A stretch of DNA of 64,000 nt from a virus (lineage: Duplodnaviria; Caudoviricetes): positions 96,982 through 160,981 of IMG/VR virus record IMGVR_UViG_3300028591_000099. One strand, written 5' to 3'. Position 1 is the first letter of the stretch, and every line of letters starts with the position of its first letter. Of the stretch, positions 8,180-19,350 are shown piece after piece. The translations under genes were made by a program, and so were the position numbers. The notes under the pieces are model-generated. The model was not told the DNA's origin. It made no database searches and was given only the letters and a program-made list of their open reading frames with translations.

Positions 8180-8667
8180 TAGAAGTCTACCCCCTTATAT
8201 CTAATTTGTTGATTGCGGCTGCCCCTTAGATGAAGCGAGACATCTCGCTGTTCCTCTAGGTAAGCCCCGTCTATTAATATATCAATGCACTCCAGCATCT
8301 GTTGTGCCTCTTTATCGATCGCCGCAACCATTTTTATTTGGTCTAAAGTGTATCCAGTCCAACAGAAGATCTTAATTGTTGGGAACTTATTTCTAACATG
8401 TCGTAATATATTGCAAGATAGTTTTCGATTATACCAAGCAAATGGCTCACCGCCAAGCAAACTGAAGTTTCTAAGCAAACCATTTGCGGTAATTGCTTTA
8501 TCAATGAGATCTAGATAGTTATCAGGAAGTAGTTCACCGCCTTCTGGATCCCAAGTTTGCGGGTTATGACAACCATGGCAGTGAAGTGGACAGCCCTGCA
8601 CCCAGAATGACGTGCATACACCTTCACCATCAACAAAGTCATCTTGAATTAAACCTGCATATTTCAT
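8179..8667 (-). CDS. nrdG: Anaerobic ribonucleotide reductase activating radical SAM enzyme
   Basis: GCPLHCHGCHN (CxxxCxxC), LGGEP and RGSRNQ motifs. Confidence 0.95.
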   Translation of the reverse strand: MKYAGLIQDDFVDGEGVCTSFWVQGCPLHCHGCHNPQTWDPEGGELLPDNYLDLIDKAITANGLLRNFSLLGGEPFAWYNRKLSCNILRHVRNKFPTIKIFCWTGYTLDQIKMVAAIDKEAQQMLECIDILIDGAYLEEQRDVSLHLRGSRNQQIRYKGVDF

Positions 8668-8668
8668 A

Positions 8669-10882
8669 TTACTTTCTCCAATTTGTTAGACTGTTAGAAT
8701 GCTTATATCTCATTTCAACTTCTTGCTGTTTACCTTTATTAAATGCTGTTGTGTAATTACCTGTTAAATAGCCAGTAACTCTACGCAGTCTTTGGATATT
8801 ATGGCTGCCACAAACTGGGCAAGTGTCATTCATCTCATCTGTGTAACCGCAATCAAGGCACGTATCATTTGGAACATTGATTGCGAAATATGGAATGTCT
8901 TTATCCATAGCGTAATTTACAATCTGCTCCAATGCATCAAGATTGTTTTTAGCACCAGAATCTAATTCAACATAAGTAATACAACCAGCATTACTGTATC
9001 CCGTTAATTGACTTTCAATATCAATTTTTTCGAATGGTGACATATGCTTCCAAACAGGAACATGAATACTGTTTGTAAAATACTCATTTTCAGAAACATT
9101 TGGAATAACACCATATTGTTCTTTGAACTTCTTCATAGCAGTATAACATAAGTTTTCTGCAGGAGTATAATATACTCCAAAGTTTAAATGATATTTCTTC
9201 TTAAATTCTGCACAACGCTTTTGGAATAATTCTTCAATTTCTTTAGCCATCATCATACCTTCATTATCGGTTTGATCGACACCCATTAAAATCTGTAAAG
9301 TCTCTGCCATACCAAGCTGGCCAATAACTAGAGTGCCATGTTTCATTGCAGAACGGATACCCTCTTCAGGTTTATACCCTAGCATTGTGCCATTTTCATA
9401 CATGAATTTTGCAGAATCTGGAGACTGGCTGCAAATCCATTCATAACGTTCGATTAACATATCTTTAGCTTCAGAAATCTTTTTATCCAAAAGATTCATA
9501 AAATTATCGCATAAATCACCAGATAACTCTTTAGCTTTCATAGCAAGAAATGGAAGTAAGATAGTTACTGGAGCAATATTGCCACGACCATCTTTGGTTT
9601 GCGGATTTGTGCCTGGTTCAGCATTGATATCGCTACCATTATACGTTCTGCACCCCATTGTTGAAACATAGGTTCTAGGATCATTACGATCATATCCGGC
9701 ATTCGTAGACCAATCAACATTAACATAGTTTGGATATAATCTCTGTGCGGTAGATTTTAATGCTAATCTAAATAAATCATAGTTTGGATCACCAGGTGCA
9801 CGGTTAACGCCTTTCATGCACTGGAAGATACCGCATGGGAAGATAGATGTTTTATGTAATTTACCTAAGCCTTCAATAGAAACGTTAAGAATTTCTTCAG
9901 TAACCATTCTACCTTCTGGAAGTGTGCATGTTCCATAGTTGATAGATGTAAATGGTAGCTGATTACCAGAACGTGATTGAAGTGTATTTAGATTATGATA
10001 CATACCTTCAACAGCCTGATGCACCTCACGTTTAGTCATATTCAAAGCATAATCATAAGCAACACAACGCGGATAATCTTCAATTGACATATCAGAATTA
10101 GCTTCAAATCCCATAAAGGAATCATCAACATAATCAATAGCATCTTTCCAATGTTTATAGAAAGATTTTCTGACATATGGGACCATAGTCCAATCTAAAT
10201 GGCTCGCACTGACGCCACCAAATTGCTGTAAAGACTGCAACTGGAAAATAACTGCTACGAGCTGGAATGCTGTGTTAACAGAATTAGCTGGTCTAACATC
10301 AGTTTGACGAGTATTGAAACCTTTAGCTAAAATATCATCAAATGGGATAGTTAAACAGTTATGCATACCAACAGCATAAGAATCTAAATCATGAATATAA
10401 ATATAATTATTTAAATGATTATTACGGGACATCTCTGACATACAATAGTCAAGGGCAAATTTTTTAGTTAAAGCACGATTGGCTTCACCCATGCGGCCGC
10501 CGAATGAATGCTCATCAACATTTGCATTTTGATTCTGAACATCACTGGCATCTAACTTACGAGCCACCTCTTGCATAAATTGTGTGTTGTGCTCACGAAC
10601 TCTATTACGTTCATAACGATACTGAATATAAGCACGAGCTACATCCTTACGCTTGCAGGACATCAGACCATTTTCAACAAGATCCTGGATCTCTTCAACA
10701 TTTAATTCGTGGTCAGAAGCTTCTGCTTGTTCTTCAACATATTCAGCGATATTTGCGGCTTTCGTCTCAGCATACTGTGAGATCTGGCCATCAACATCTT
10801 CAAAAGCGGCTAAAACCGCACGCTCAATTTTGCTCTTATCAAATTCTACGACAGAGCCATCTCTTTTAATAATTAATAACAT
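8669..10882 (-). CDS. nrdD: Anaerobic (class III) ribonucleoside-triphosphate reductase
   Basis: N-terminal ATP cone, MGCRT, C-terminal CxxC...CxxC and RVTGYL glycyl-radical motif. Confidence 0.97.
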   Translation of the reverse strand: MLLIIKRDGSVVEFDKSKIERAVLAAFEDVDGQISQYAETKAANIAEYVEEQAEASDHELNVEEIQDLVENGLMSCKRKDVARAYIQYRYERNRVREHNTQFMQEVARKLDASDVQNQNANVDEHSFGGRMGEANRALTKKFALDYCMSEMSRNNHLNNYIYIHDLDSYAVGMHNCLTIPFDDILAKGFNTRQTDVRPANSVNTAFQLVAVIFQLQSLQQFGGVSASHLDWTMVPYVRKSFYKHWKDAIDYVDDSFMGFEANSDMSIEDYPRCVAYDYALNMTKREVHQAVEGMYHNLNTLQSRSGNQLPFTSINYGTCTLPEGRMVTEEILNVSIEGLGKLHKTSIFPCGIFQCMKGVNRAPGDPNYDLFRLALKSTAQRLYPNYVNVDWSTNAGYDRNDPRTYVSTMGCRTYNGSDINAEPGTNPQTKDGRGNIAPVTILLPFLAMKAKELSGDLCDNFMNLLDKKISEAKDMLIERYEWICSQSPDSAKFMYENGTMLGYKPEEGIRSAMKHGTLVIGQLGMAETLQILMGVDQTDNEGMMMAKEIEELFQKRCAEFKKKYHLNFGVYYTPAENLCYTAMKKFKEQYGVIPNVSENEYFTNSIHVPVWKHMSPFEKIDIESQLTGYSNAGCITYVELDSGAKNNLDALEQIVNYAMDKDIPYFAINVPNDTCLDCGYTDEMNDTCPVCGSHNIQRLRRVTGYLTGNYTTAFNKGKQQEVEMRYKHSNSLTNWRK

Positions 10883-10986
10883 ATCGTTTCCTCCTAAGTA
10901 TTTAATATATGTTAAGGATTTTTCGATCCGTAAATTATATAACTTTTATCTTAAATATTTTATCCAAATCAGACCAAAGGAGGACA

Positions 10987-13900
10987 TTAGTCCTCCTCAT
11001 CAATTTCACCTTGTGCTCGATTTGATGTTAATAACACATCTCGACCATCATTATACAATGATTCGATCTTATACAACTGATGACCTTGACTATTACTATA
11101 TTTTTTCGGAGTAAAATTATCGCCCTGTCTAATACCCTGAACAACAATCATACTACCTCTATTGAACCAGCTACCTTCAATTTTATGCTTAACACCATCG
11201 GCACCTCTCGCAGATATTGTCTTATCAAATAATGCGAAATATTCTTTCGCAAATTTAACATCAACAACTCCAGTAGTTGTTAATAATGTTACTGTTGAAC
11301 GAACCTTATCTTTAGCAATACAAGTTCCGCAAATCTTATGTAATTTAAACTTCCTAATTTCATGACCGTTACGAGTCTTCCAAGATTCTAACACTATTGG
11401 AGTTTCTGGTAAACTGAAAAAATCTTCATAACCATATTTTTTATTATCCAATTTTGCCAACTCATGTTCATGATAATAGAAACATAATACTTCCATCTCC
11501 CATGCGGATAAAGACCCGGACGCATATTTAACCCAATCTTCTTTAAATATACTATCATTTAAATTTCTCAAAATTTCATCTTTATTTTCAGAAATCCACT
11601 GTCTAAATACATCCATCCATCCTTGATATACTTTGTCCCAATCTTTAACTGTCACCGTTGCATTACTTTGAATCAAATTATCATAACCAACTTCTGTTAA
11701 GAAATTAAATGCTCTTGTATCCAAATTATATAAAGTTTTTGAACTATTAATACAAACCTTTTTTAAATATCTATTAAACTCAAAAATACGACGAGCCATT
11801 ACCTGTTTATCATTATGTTCTGGCAATAAACCATGGGCAATTAACCCACTCATATTTTGTAAAGTTATACGTTTCTTTTTATCACAAGTTTCCCAAATAT
11901 ACCAAGCCATCACAAACTTGCGGTCTTCCATATTATCGAAAGCTCCGCCTTTAATCAAACTAATCATCGCTTGTTTATTCGGATGAACTTTTTCTATATA
12001 ATCTTTTGGAGAACTATATGGTCTATACTTAATCGTATTTTCAATAACCTCATCTCCAACATTCAACATACTCTTTAATCCAAAAAGTATCTGATTATTT
12101 TCAATATCTGGTTCAAAACCATAACCAGATTTATTAATATCAACTAAACTTACTTTAATACCAGCCGCACGGGTATCACCTAATGCTTTCGCCATCTTAC
12201 CATAAGCTGTTGAACCCCCACCAATTGATCCACTATTAACCGCTAAACATGCTGTATTCCAATAGATTGGATTAAAATGAGTCCCAATATATGCAGTCTG
12301 GAAACCAATAAATGAATATGCCAACGCATGAATAATACTAAATGAATAACCCATCTGCGGACCGACGCCATATTGCCATACATATCGGCCCAAATTTTCA
12401 GAACTTGCTTGTTTATAAATCTTTTCACGAAGTTCTGGAATCTTATTCATCTGTTTTTTACCAACTATTTTACGAGCCGCATTTGCTTCTCCTAGAGTAA
12501 AATGACAAATCTTATCATCCATCAACATTCTCATTAACTGTTCTTGGCTTGGCGGTACTCCATAAGATGATAAGAAATATGGCTCTAACGTTTTTTGCTC
12601 TTCAACTGTTAAACCAGCCTTCCGCATCTCCTCATACCACAATGAAATGTTATTTTTATATCTAACATATTTATCCATCGGAGTTTCTGCACCCCGTTCC
12701 GCAGTCATAAGTCTCATTAAACCATTTGTATCGGCTAATTCCAAAATATTTTTTGGTTTAATCTTCTTTGCGGCTTGTGCTCCAACCATTGAATCGAACT
12801 GGAAAATATTTAATACAGACCCTTCTTCGATGGCTTTCCACACCTTTTGGTCATCTAATGGTAACACTTCTGGATGAAAATACTTATCATATACTTCTTT
12901 TAAACTTAAATCAGGTTCAATTTCATTATTCTTTTGTAACAAATGAATTGCTTCAACTAATTTATCTTGAACATCTGTTACTAAGAAGTCAAACTTCGTC
13001 ATTCCCAATGATTCACACATATGAAGATCAAACTGTGTAATAATTTCACCATTCGGTGTCTTCATAAATGCTCCATACTCATATGGATCTTCATCGAAGA
13101 AAATTACACCTGATGCATGAGAACCACGCTGTTTAATTAACCCTTGAATACCAAACATAATCTCTAATAATCCAGGATAATTATTTACTTCCATGACAAA
13201 CTGCTGAACCGGATTACGATCTTTATCTGGATTCCCATACACAGTATCTTCTAATGTCCATAAGAAACCACGTTCAGATGGAATTAATGATGACATATAC
13301 TGTGCTTCATCAACGTCAATGCCATCTGGGAACTCATCACTTCGATAACCTCTACATGCTGTTAAAATCGCACTTTTTGTCGATTCAGTTCCAAAAGTCG
13401 CAATTAATGTGCAACCTAAATTCTCTCTTGCTAATTCTGATACACTTTTATCAAAATTTTTACCACGTTCTTCTTTAATCTTTTCAATAATAATCGGACG
13501 TTTTGATGGACATAAATCCAAATCAATATCACCTAATTCAATACGTTCTTTATTCAAATATCTAAAGAATGGCAAATTCCACTTAATCGGGTCAAGCTGC
13601 GTTACACCTAATAAATAATGATTTAATCCAGAACATGATGAACCACGTCCTGCACCAACCATACTTCCACATTCCCAGAACATATTAATATAATGCTGTA
13701 AAGTTACTGGATAACAAAACATATTTGTCTCAAGTTTTTCACCAATAACTCTTTTAATATCAGCTTCTTCCTCTAATCGAGAAAGATATGTATCATTATC
13801 TTTATCTAATTCTTTTAACTTCTTTAAACACTCATTAACCCAATATCTCTCATAAACATCATTTGACATTCTCATACTTTTGAGAATTGGGAATTTATTT

Positions 13901-14859
13901 AATGAATTATCCTCATATGGAGGGGCTGTTTCAACATGAACTCTCGGAATCTGCTGTTTATGTTGAATTGTATAATTCTCAATTTTATTATAAATATCCA
14001 TCGAGTTCGCACATAAATAATCATAATCAAACTCTTCGGATAAATGTTTTCTAATATCCTCTTCTGGTTGCAGATATGCATACTCATAGAATGAATCAAC
14101 TTCACGTTCTCCACCTTTTGAGTTCAAATATGCTTTATGAACATATCTATCTTCTTTTTTAAGATAATGTGCATCTGTCCCAACAACAATTTTACGATCA
14201 TATGCTCTCGCAATCGAAATCATTCTTTTATTAACTGCAACCTGCTCCGCTGACATGCCTGGTGCAATTTCACAATAAAAATCATCACCAAACAAATTAA
14301 TACAATACGTCATGAAACGATGAATATGCATTTTAATATCATAAACTGGTTGAGATGCTGATTCCGCTTTGACTAACTCTAAAATTGTTGATGACAATTC
14401 ACCACCAATACACGCCGAAGTCGCAATTAAATGACCCTTACCATATTTTTTAATAATATCCTCTAACTCTGAATACAAAGTTGGAACTCGTTCCAAACCA
14501 CGATCCATATAACTTTGCATCCAAGAATTTGAAGATAACTCACGTAACATTCTCCAACCAATTTTATCTTTACTAATTAAAATAAAATGATAATACTTTT
14601 GATTACGCTCCCGATCTGCTGTAAGATAAATCTCATTACCAATCGCTACCTTAAAATCTGGTTTAGATTTTTGAATCTCCTGTGCGTATAAATTAATTTC
14701 CGGTGCTGCTGAAAGACATTCATGATCTGTCAACGCAATGCCAGAAAGACCGAGTTCAATCGCTCGGTTAATCAAATCTTTGGGTTTATTAATACAATCA
14801 AGTAAACGAATGTTCGAATACATACTATGTGAATGAACTTCGAATCTTGGAACCATCAT
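10987..14859 (-). CDS. dnaE: DNA polymerase III alpha subunit
   Basis: PHP domain (HSH, TDH, DAHY), GRGS, DIDLD, HASG and KFDFL motifs. Confidence 0.97.
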   Translation of the reverse strand: MMVPRFEVHSHSMYSNIRLLDCINKPKDLINRAIELGLSGIALTDHECLSAAPEINLYAQEIQKSKPDFKVAIGNEIYLTADRERNQKYYHFILISKDKIGWRMLRELSSNSWMQSYMDRGLERVPTLYSELEDIIKKYGKGHLIATSACIGGELSSTILELVKAESASQPVYDIKMHIHRFMTYCINLFGDDFYCEIAPGMSAEQVAVNKRMISIARAYDRKIVVGTDAHYLKKEDRYVHKAYLNSKGGEREVDSFYEYAYLQPEEDIRKHLSEEFDYDYLCANSMDIYNKIENYTIQHKQQIPRVHVETAPPYEDNSLNKFPILKSMRMSNDVYERYWVNECLKKLKELDKDNDTYLSRLEEEADIKRVIGEKLETNMFCYPVTLQHYINMFWECGSMVGAGRGSSCSGLNHYLLGVTQLDPIKWNLPFFRYLNKERIELGDIDLDLCPSKRPIIIEKIKEERGKNFDKSVSELARENLGCTLIATFGTESTKSAILTACRGYRSDEFPDGIDVDEAQYMSSLIPSERGFLWTLEDTVYGNPDKDRNPVQQFVMEVNNYPGLLEIMFGIQGLIKQRGSHASGVIFFDEDPYEYGAFMKTPNGEIITQFDLHMCESLGMTKFDFLVTDVQDKLVEAIHLLQKNNEIEPDLSLKEVYDKYFHPEVLPLDDQKVWKAIEEGSVLNIFQFDSMVGAQAAKKIKPKNILELADTNGLMRLMTAERGAETPMDKYVRYKNNISLWYEEMRKAGLTVEEQKTLEPYFLSSYGVPPSQEQLMRMLMDDKICHFTLGEANAARKIVGKKQMNKIPELREKIYKQASSENLGRYVWQYGVGPQMGYSFSIIHALAYSFIGFQTAYIGTHFNPIYWNTACLAVNSGSIGGGSTAYGKMAKALGDTRAAGIKVSLVDINKSGYGFEPDIENNQILFGLKSMLNVGDEVIENTIKYRPYSSPKDYIEKVHPNKQAMISLIKGGAFDNMEDRKFVMAWYIWETCDKKKRITLQNMSGLIAHGLLPEHNDKQVMARRIFEFNRYLKKVCINSSKTLYNLDTRAFNFLTEVGYDNLIQSNATVTVKDWDKVYQGWMDVFRQWISENKDEILRNLNDSIFKEDWVKYASGSLSAWEMEVLCFYYHEHELAKLDNKKYGYEDFFSLPETPIVLESWKTRNGHEIRKFKLHKICGTCIAKDKVRSTVTLLTTTGVVDVKFAKEYFALFDKTISARGADGVKHKIEGSWFNRGSMIVVQGIRQGDNFTPKKYSNSQGHQLYKIESLYNDGRDVLLTSNRAQGEIDEED

Positions 14860-14883
14860 ATCATCCCCCTATCTATATATTTA

Positions 14884-14911
14884 TTATAACATATTTAATT
14901 TTGAAAGTCAA
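14884..14911 (-). promoter_or_regulatory. sigma-A promoter for dnaE; representative of more than 25 similar minus-strand promoters
   Basis: TTGACT-17 nt-TATAAT with extended -10 TG. The same pattern recurs at about 21415, 35975, 39320, 42040, 45985, 46695, 50650, 51715, 60135, 62870 and 63895. Confidence 0.75.
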
Positions 14912-14943
14912 AGGCGCGTGCGGCCCCCGATTAAACCGATCGG

Positions 14944-16155
14944 TTAAGGCTGGCGGCGCACAATAACTAATTTTTGACGAGCTCTTGTTACTGCCGTATA
15001 TAACCAACGTTTGTGGTCTTCACCCCAAGGAAAATCCTCTTCAAAGACTAGGACTTTATCCCATTCAGAACCCTGACTCTTATGTGCTGTAATCGCATAT
15101 CCATAGTCGAACTGATGCGGCTGCAGCACTTGCGGGATACGTCTAAAATTCTCTTTAGTTACTGTTGGTTCATGCGTTGTAAATAATTTATAATCTAAAT
15201 TTAAATCAGTAAATACTCCATCACCATATATAATAGCATCAGATTCTGGTGCATAGTGATCTGGCAAGAAGTCTGCTGACATAAAAGTTTTTATGTACTT
15301 TTTAGGCACAACATTTATCCTATTATTATCTGTATATACAATATTCTCTAAATAGCCAGTAAGGCCATTTACTAATACATCTCCAAGAGGGGTAATAGTA
15401 TCCCAGTCATTACGCAAACAAATAACTTTATCACCCTCCATAGGTTCATCACTATGGTCACCAAATATATAAGTTCTCATTAAGTCATTATAGAAATGTC
15501 TTGTAGAGTTTTTTGCAACAATAATTTGGTCTGCCCATTGTAACATACCACTAGTAACTTCATATGGGTCAATGATTTGAACTTCAGATCCTTTAAACTT
15601 ATGTAATGACTTACCCTCACGAATATCCATAGATATTCTAATAATCTCTGACTCTTGGGCTTGACGCATAATTTCATCTAGGAATACGTGCGGATGGTCG
15701 AGCACACCATTCGGTTCATTCAGAGGTGGTAGCTGCCCAGGGTCACCGAGTGCAATTACATGGATGTGATGGCTTAACAACAAGTCCCACATATCTTTTG
15801 GAAGCATTGAAACTTCATCAACTACAATTAATTTATATGGATATTCTAATGGACGTCGAGGCATATGGAAAAATGTCCCATCCCTACGAGGATAAGATTG
15901 ATATAATAACCGATGTGCCGTCATAGAATTTAAATTGCCCTTCTCTTGAAGAACTAAAGCTGCTTTGCCAGTATAAGAGATAAAACAAACATCATAAGGA
16001 GGAAGATTTAAAGCTTGTATAATAAAACTAACTAGCGTAGATTTACCAGAACCCGCATAACCACTAATACAAGTATATGGTTTATGCTGATTGTATCTCT
16101 GAACCGCTAGTTCAAGAGCTTCTTGTTGTTTCTCTGTTAAAATAATATCTTCCAT
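14944..16155 (-). CDS. RecD-like/Dda SF1B helicase
   Basis: GYAGSGKS, DEVSM, GDPGQL, TAHKSQGSE and YTAVTRA motifs. Confidence 0.92.
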   Translation of the reverse strand: MEDIILTEKQQEALELAVQRYNQHKPYTCISGYAGSGKSTLVSFIIQALNLPPYDVCFISYTGKAALVLQEKGNLNSMTAHRLLYQSYPRRDGTFFHMPRRPLEYPYKLIVVDEVSMLPKDMWDLLLSHHIHVIALGDPGQLPPLNEPNGVLDHPHVFLDEIMRQAQESEIIRISMDIREGKSLHKFKGSEVQIIDPYEVTSGMLQWADQIIVAKNSTRHFYNDLMRTYIFGDHSDEPMEGDKVICLRNDWDTITPLGDVLVNGLTGYLENIVYTDNNRINVVPKKYIKTFMSADFLPDHYAPESDAIIYGDGVFTDLNLDYKLFTTHEPTVTKENFRRIPQVLQPHQFDYGYAITAHKSQGSEWDKVLVFEEDFPWGEDHKRWLYTAVTRARQKLVIVRRQP

Positions 16156-16212
16156 AGTTCACCTCTTATATATATTATAACATATTTTATCAAAAAGAAC
16201 AAAAAAAGGAGA

Positions 16213-16428
16213 TTACTCTCCAGTTTTTTCGCTACTATCGCATGTGACTTGATACCACCACCAAGGATATTGTGGAGTAATACCCGGATTGGCCGGACGC
16301 CAATAATAATAGAGGCACATCTCTCCAGTTTTATCACATTTACCACATGGCAAATAATATTTACAAGTAGGATTATAATTTAATGTATATGAGGTAGAAG
16401 TCCCAGTTGTTGTTGTTTGATTTTCCAT
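16213..16428 (-). CDS. Small Cys-rich hypothetical protein
   Basis: GGAGG RBS before MENQ; CKYYLPCGKCDK. Confidence 0.55.
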   Translation of the reverse strand: MENQTTTTGTSTSYTLNYNPTCKYYLPCGKCDKTGEMCLYYYWRPANPGITPQYPWWWYQVTCDSSEKTGE

Positions 16429-16507
16429 ATTTACCTCCAAAATTTTCCAAAGGATTTTTTAATTGCGGCTACGGTGCGCACATTTGGCACCGGCCGGCCA
16501 CTGCTTA

Positions 16508-18247
16508 TTAGAAGTAATAAGCTTGCTTTCTAACAATATTATAATCTTCAATAATAATCTCAGGCCCATTATCCCAACCAGTATTACGCACGCATCTACC
16601 AACAATATCTAATATAGTGCATCCTTCACCAGGATATAAATTATCAAACTCATCTTGAGAACTCTTAAACTTAACTATTGATAAATTGTCTAGTAGGTTA
16701 ATTTTTAAAGTAGTGCCAAATAATTTAATATTATTTTTAGTTACTGAAACATTTTTAAATGCGATTAATGGCTCATCAACACCTTGGCCCCAAACATAAT
16801 CCGCATCCGCAATCTCCAAAATATCAGCAATATCAATTTTATTTGGTAGATATTCAATATCTACATTATATACTGGAGAGAAATCATAGTCTTTTAATAA
16901 GCCATTACTATAACTTAAAAATAAATCTACATTAGAATCAGGAATCGCAAGTCCAAGTGCATTATCATGACCTTGTGCAAGTGTGAAATAACCACTATCT
17001 AAAGCTAAATGTTGTAAAGACTCAACGCCCATTGATGGGTTATTCCGACCAGAACCTGCCCAAGTTAATTCGCCAGTCACATCATCAAAAGTCTTATTTA
17101 ATAACATAACTGGATGTCCATAAGTAGACATTAACTTATTTGCTACTAAGCCTGTAATTGACTTACTATCTTCTGTTGGTTCTTCTAATTTAATAAATAA
17201 AATCTTATTATCTAATAAATGCTGTGATTTGATTTGGAAATCAATATCTTCTGCAAGAGCATCTCTTAATTTGTTTTGACGATTTTTTACATTATTACAA
17301 ATACGACAAGATTGCTCAACTATAGTTTCAGTATCTCCAACTTTATGACCTCTTTTAGTGGATGGAACTAAAGTATAAGCACGATGATCTAAAAATGATT
17401 CAAATAAACATTGTTTTTCAACATTAGTGCCAACTCGTGTTACCGCATTAACTGCTGGTGCAATATACCAAGCAACACCAGTAGCAGTTAATCTGCCTTT
17501 TAATGAATACTCATTTTTAGCAACCATAGCTTTAATGAAAGGATTTTCGATATTAGCTAAACCTTTATTAACAATGCGTCTTGTTTCATAATCTTTAAGC
17601 TCCATAACATCAGCAATAATACCAAGAGCAGCAATATCTAACAAATCATTAGCATCTGTATCGCCTTTAAGATTATCAATATAAGAACAAAACTTATACA
17701 CCATACCAACGCCACTTAAACTCTTAGTAGGATAACCAGAATCTAATTGGTTATTTATTACGATAGCATCTTCTGAATAATAATCAGTATTATGGTGATC
17801 GATAATAATAAGATCTATACCATCATCTTTTAACTTCTTATGATATTCATATTCATTACTGCCTGCATCTGGGCAAACTACTAATTGCGGCTGAGCGGCA
17901 CTGATTTGATCCATCAATAAACCGTGACCCTTATCTTGATGTAAACCCCATTTTACATGGTTAACTGTAAATCCAGGGAACTTGCGATACATCCAGTTAA
18001 TAAAGAAAGCAGAGCTGGTATAACCATCGCAGTCCGCATCTACATTAACAAAAATATCATGCTCAGAACTGATATGCTTAATTAGACATTTTGCGGCCTC
18101 CGGCATGTTGCGTATCGTGGCCGGATCAATAATATCATTATCTGTTGTGTTCAAATAATGAATGGGGTCATCAATACCCCTATTTTTTAATATTCGAAAC
18201 AAGGCTGAACCTTGTGTATTTTCACTATCTATTACCTTATATTGCAT
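16508..18247 (-). CDS. recJ: ssDNA exonuclease RecJ (DHH family)
   Basis: DADCDG, IIDHH, GSGR and GH motifs. Confidence 0.92.
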   Translation of the reverse strand: MQYKVIDSENTQGSALFRILKNRGIDDPIHYLNTTDNDIIDPATIRNMPEAAKCLIKHISSEHDIFVNVDADCDGYTSSAFFINWMYRKFPGFTVNHVKWGLHQDKGHGLLMDQISAAQPQLVVCPDAGSNEYEYHKKLKDDGIDLIIIDHHNTDYYSEDAIVINNQLDSGYPTKSLSGVGMVYKFCSYIDNLKGDTDANDLLDIAALGIIADVMELKDYETRRIVNKGLANIENPFIKAMVAKNEYSLKGRLTATGVAWYIAPAVNAVTRVGTNVEKQCLFESFLDHRAYTLVPSTKRGHKVGDTETIVEQSCRICNNVKNRQNKLRDALAEDIDFQIKSQHLLDNKILFIKLEEPTEDSKSITGLVANKLMSTYGHPVMLLNKTFDDVTGELTWAGSGRNNPSMGVESLQHLALDSGYFTLAQGHDNALGLAIPDSNVDLFLSYSNGLLKDYDFSPVYNVDIEYLPNKIDIADILEIADADYVWGQGVDEPLIAFKNVSVTKNNIKLFGTTLKINLLDNLSIVKFKSSQDEFDNLYPGEGCTILDIVGRCVRNTGWDNGPEIIIEDYNIVRKQAYYF

Positions 18248-19350
18248 TACAACACTATCCTTTCATTAAATAATTTTAAGAAAATCTCTTTACCTCTATC
18301 TATTGGACTATCTTTATATCCTGTTATCATTTTTTTATCAAATATAAAACTAATCTTAACATAATTGTTATACTTAGAATAAATTTTTAATAAATTACGT
18401 TTAAGTTTTTTAAACTCATCATCGCCAATATCTTGAAACTGCCTATCAAGAGCGATTACGATTTCCCTAACGCCAGCTTCAATTAATAAATTAATTTGAT
18501 ATGCGGAAACATTGCTACCGCAACATGCAACAGAGATATCATTATCATGACCGAAATAAGTCTGGTATTTAAGACATGATTTCTCCCCTTCAAATATCAC
18601 TGCACGACCGGACGCCGCAATTGCCTTTTTAGCATTGTTAAAATTATATAAGTTCATACCAAGAGGATGATTATATAACATTCCATTAATAATTAACGGT
18701 CTATATTTGCCATAAAGCTCCGCATCTTCTCTACTTAAAGTTCTACCTCTAACTCCAACGAGTCTACTGTCTTTATCAAAGTGCGGAATAGTAATCTGAT
18801 TACCTCCTGGAAAATAACCTATTTTATTAAAATCTAAAACCTCTTGAGAAATACCTTCATTTAACCATGGTTCAAGTTTAACATCATAATTAAACACTGA
18901 TAGAATATTTTTATCATATGGTTTAAGTTTTACATCATAAGTCTTAACTTCAACCTGTTGAATGCGATCATAATTGCTAAATATAGCCCAATCTTCAAGT
19001 TCAGTCTTTTCACCTTCAATAATAAATGAACCTGAAATACCCAATCTGAAAGCAATTAATCTAATCGCATCGTTAAGGTTTAACTCTTGTTGTTTTTGAA
19101 TTGCGTAGACTTTAATACATAATTCAAAAATATCAAATGAATCATCGCCAGCAGTATAAGATTTAAATAATCCACTATTTTCGTAAAAATAGAGCTTGCG
19201 GCTGCCGACTCCAGGCGGATTATGGTCTATCGTCTCTGCAATAATACCAAATCCAGTATATTGAGGATTACCTCCCCACTCAAGCAGGAGGTCAAAAATA
19301 TCGCTTGTTGTTATTTGGTCTCTGACCTCTTGCTTGTCGTAATTAATCAT
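18247..19350 (-). CDS. DNA primase (Toprim)
   Basis: FEGEKS, ALDRQ and KDSPID motifs; adjacent to the helicase. Confidence 0.85.
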   Translation of the reverse strand: MINYDKQEVRDQITTSDIFDLLLEWGGNPQYTGFGIIAETIDHNPPGVGSRKLYFYENSGLFKSYTAGDDSFDIFELCIKVYAIQKQQELNLNDAIRLIAFRLGISGSFIIEGEKTELEDWAIFSNYDRIQQVEVKTYDVKLKPYDKNILSVFNYDVKLEPWLNEGISQEVLDFNKIGYFPGGNQITIPHFDKDSRLVGVRGRTLSREDAELYGKYRPLIINGMLYNHPLGMNLYNFNNAKKAIAASGRAVIFEGEKSCLKYQTYFGHDNDISVACCGSNVSAYQINLLIEAGVREIVIALDRQFQDIGDDEFKKLKRNLLKIYSKYNNYVKISFIFDKKMITGYKDSPIDRGKEIFLKLFNERIVL

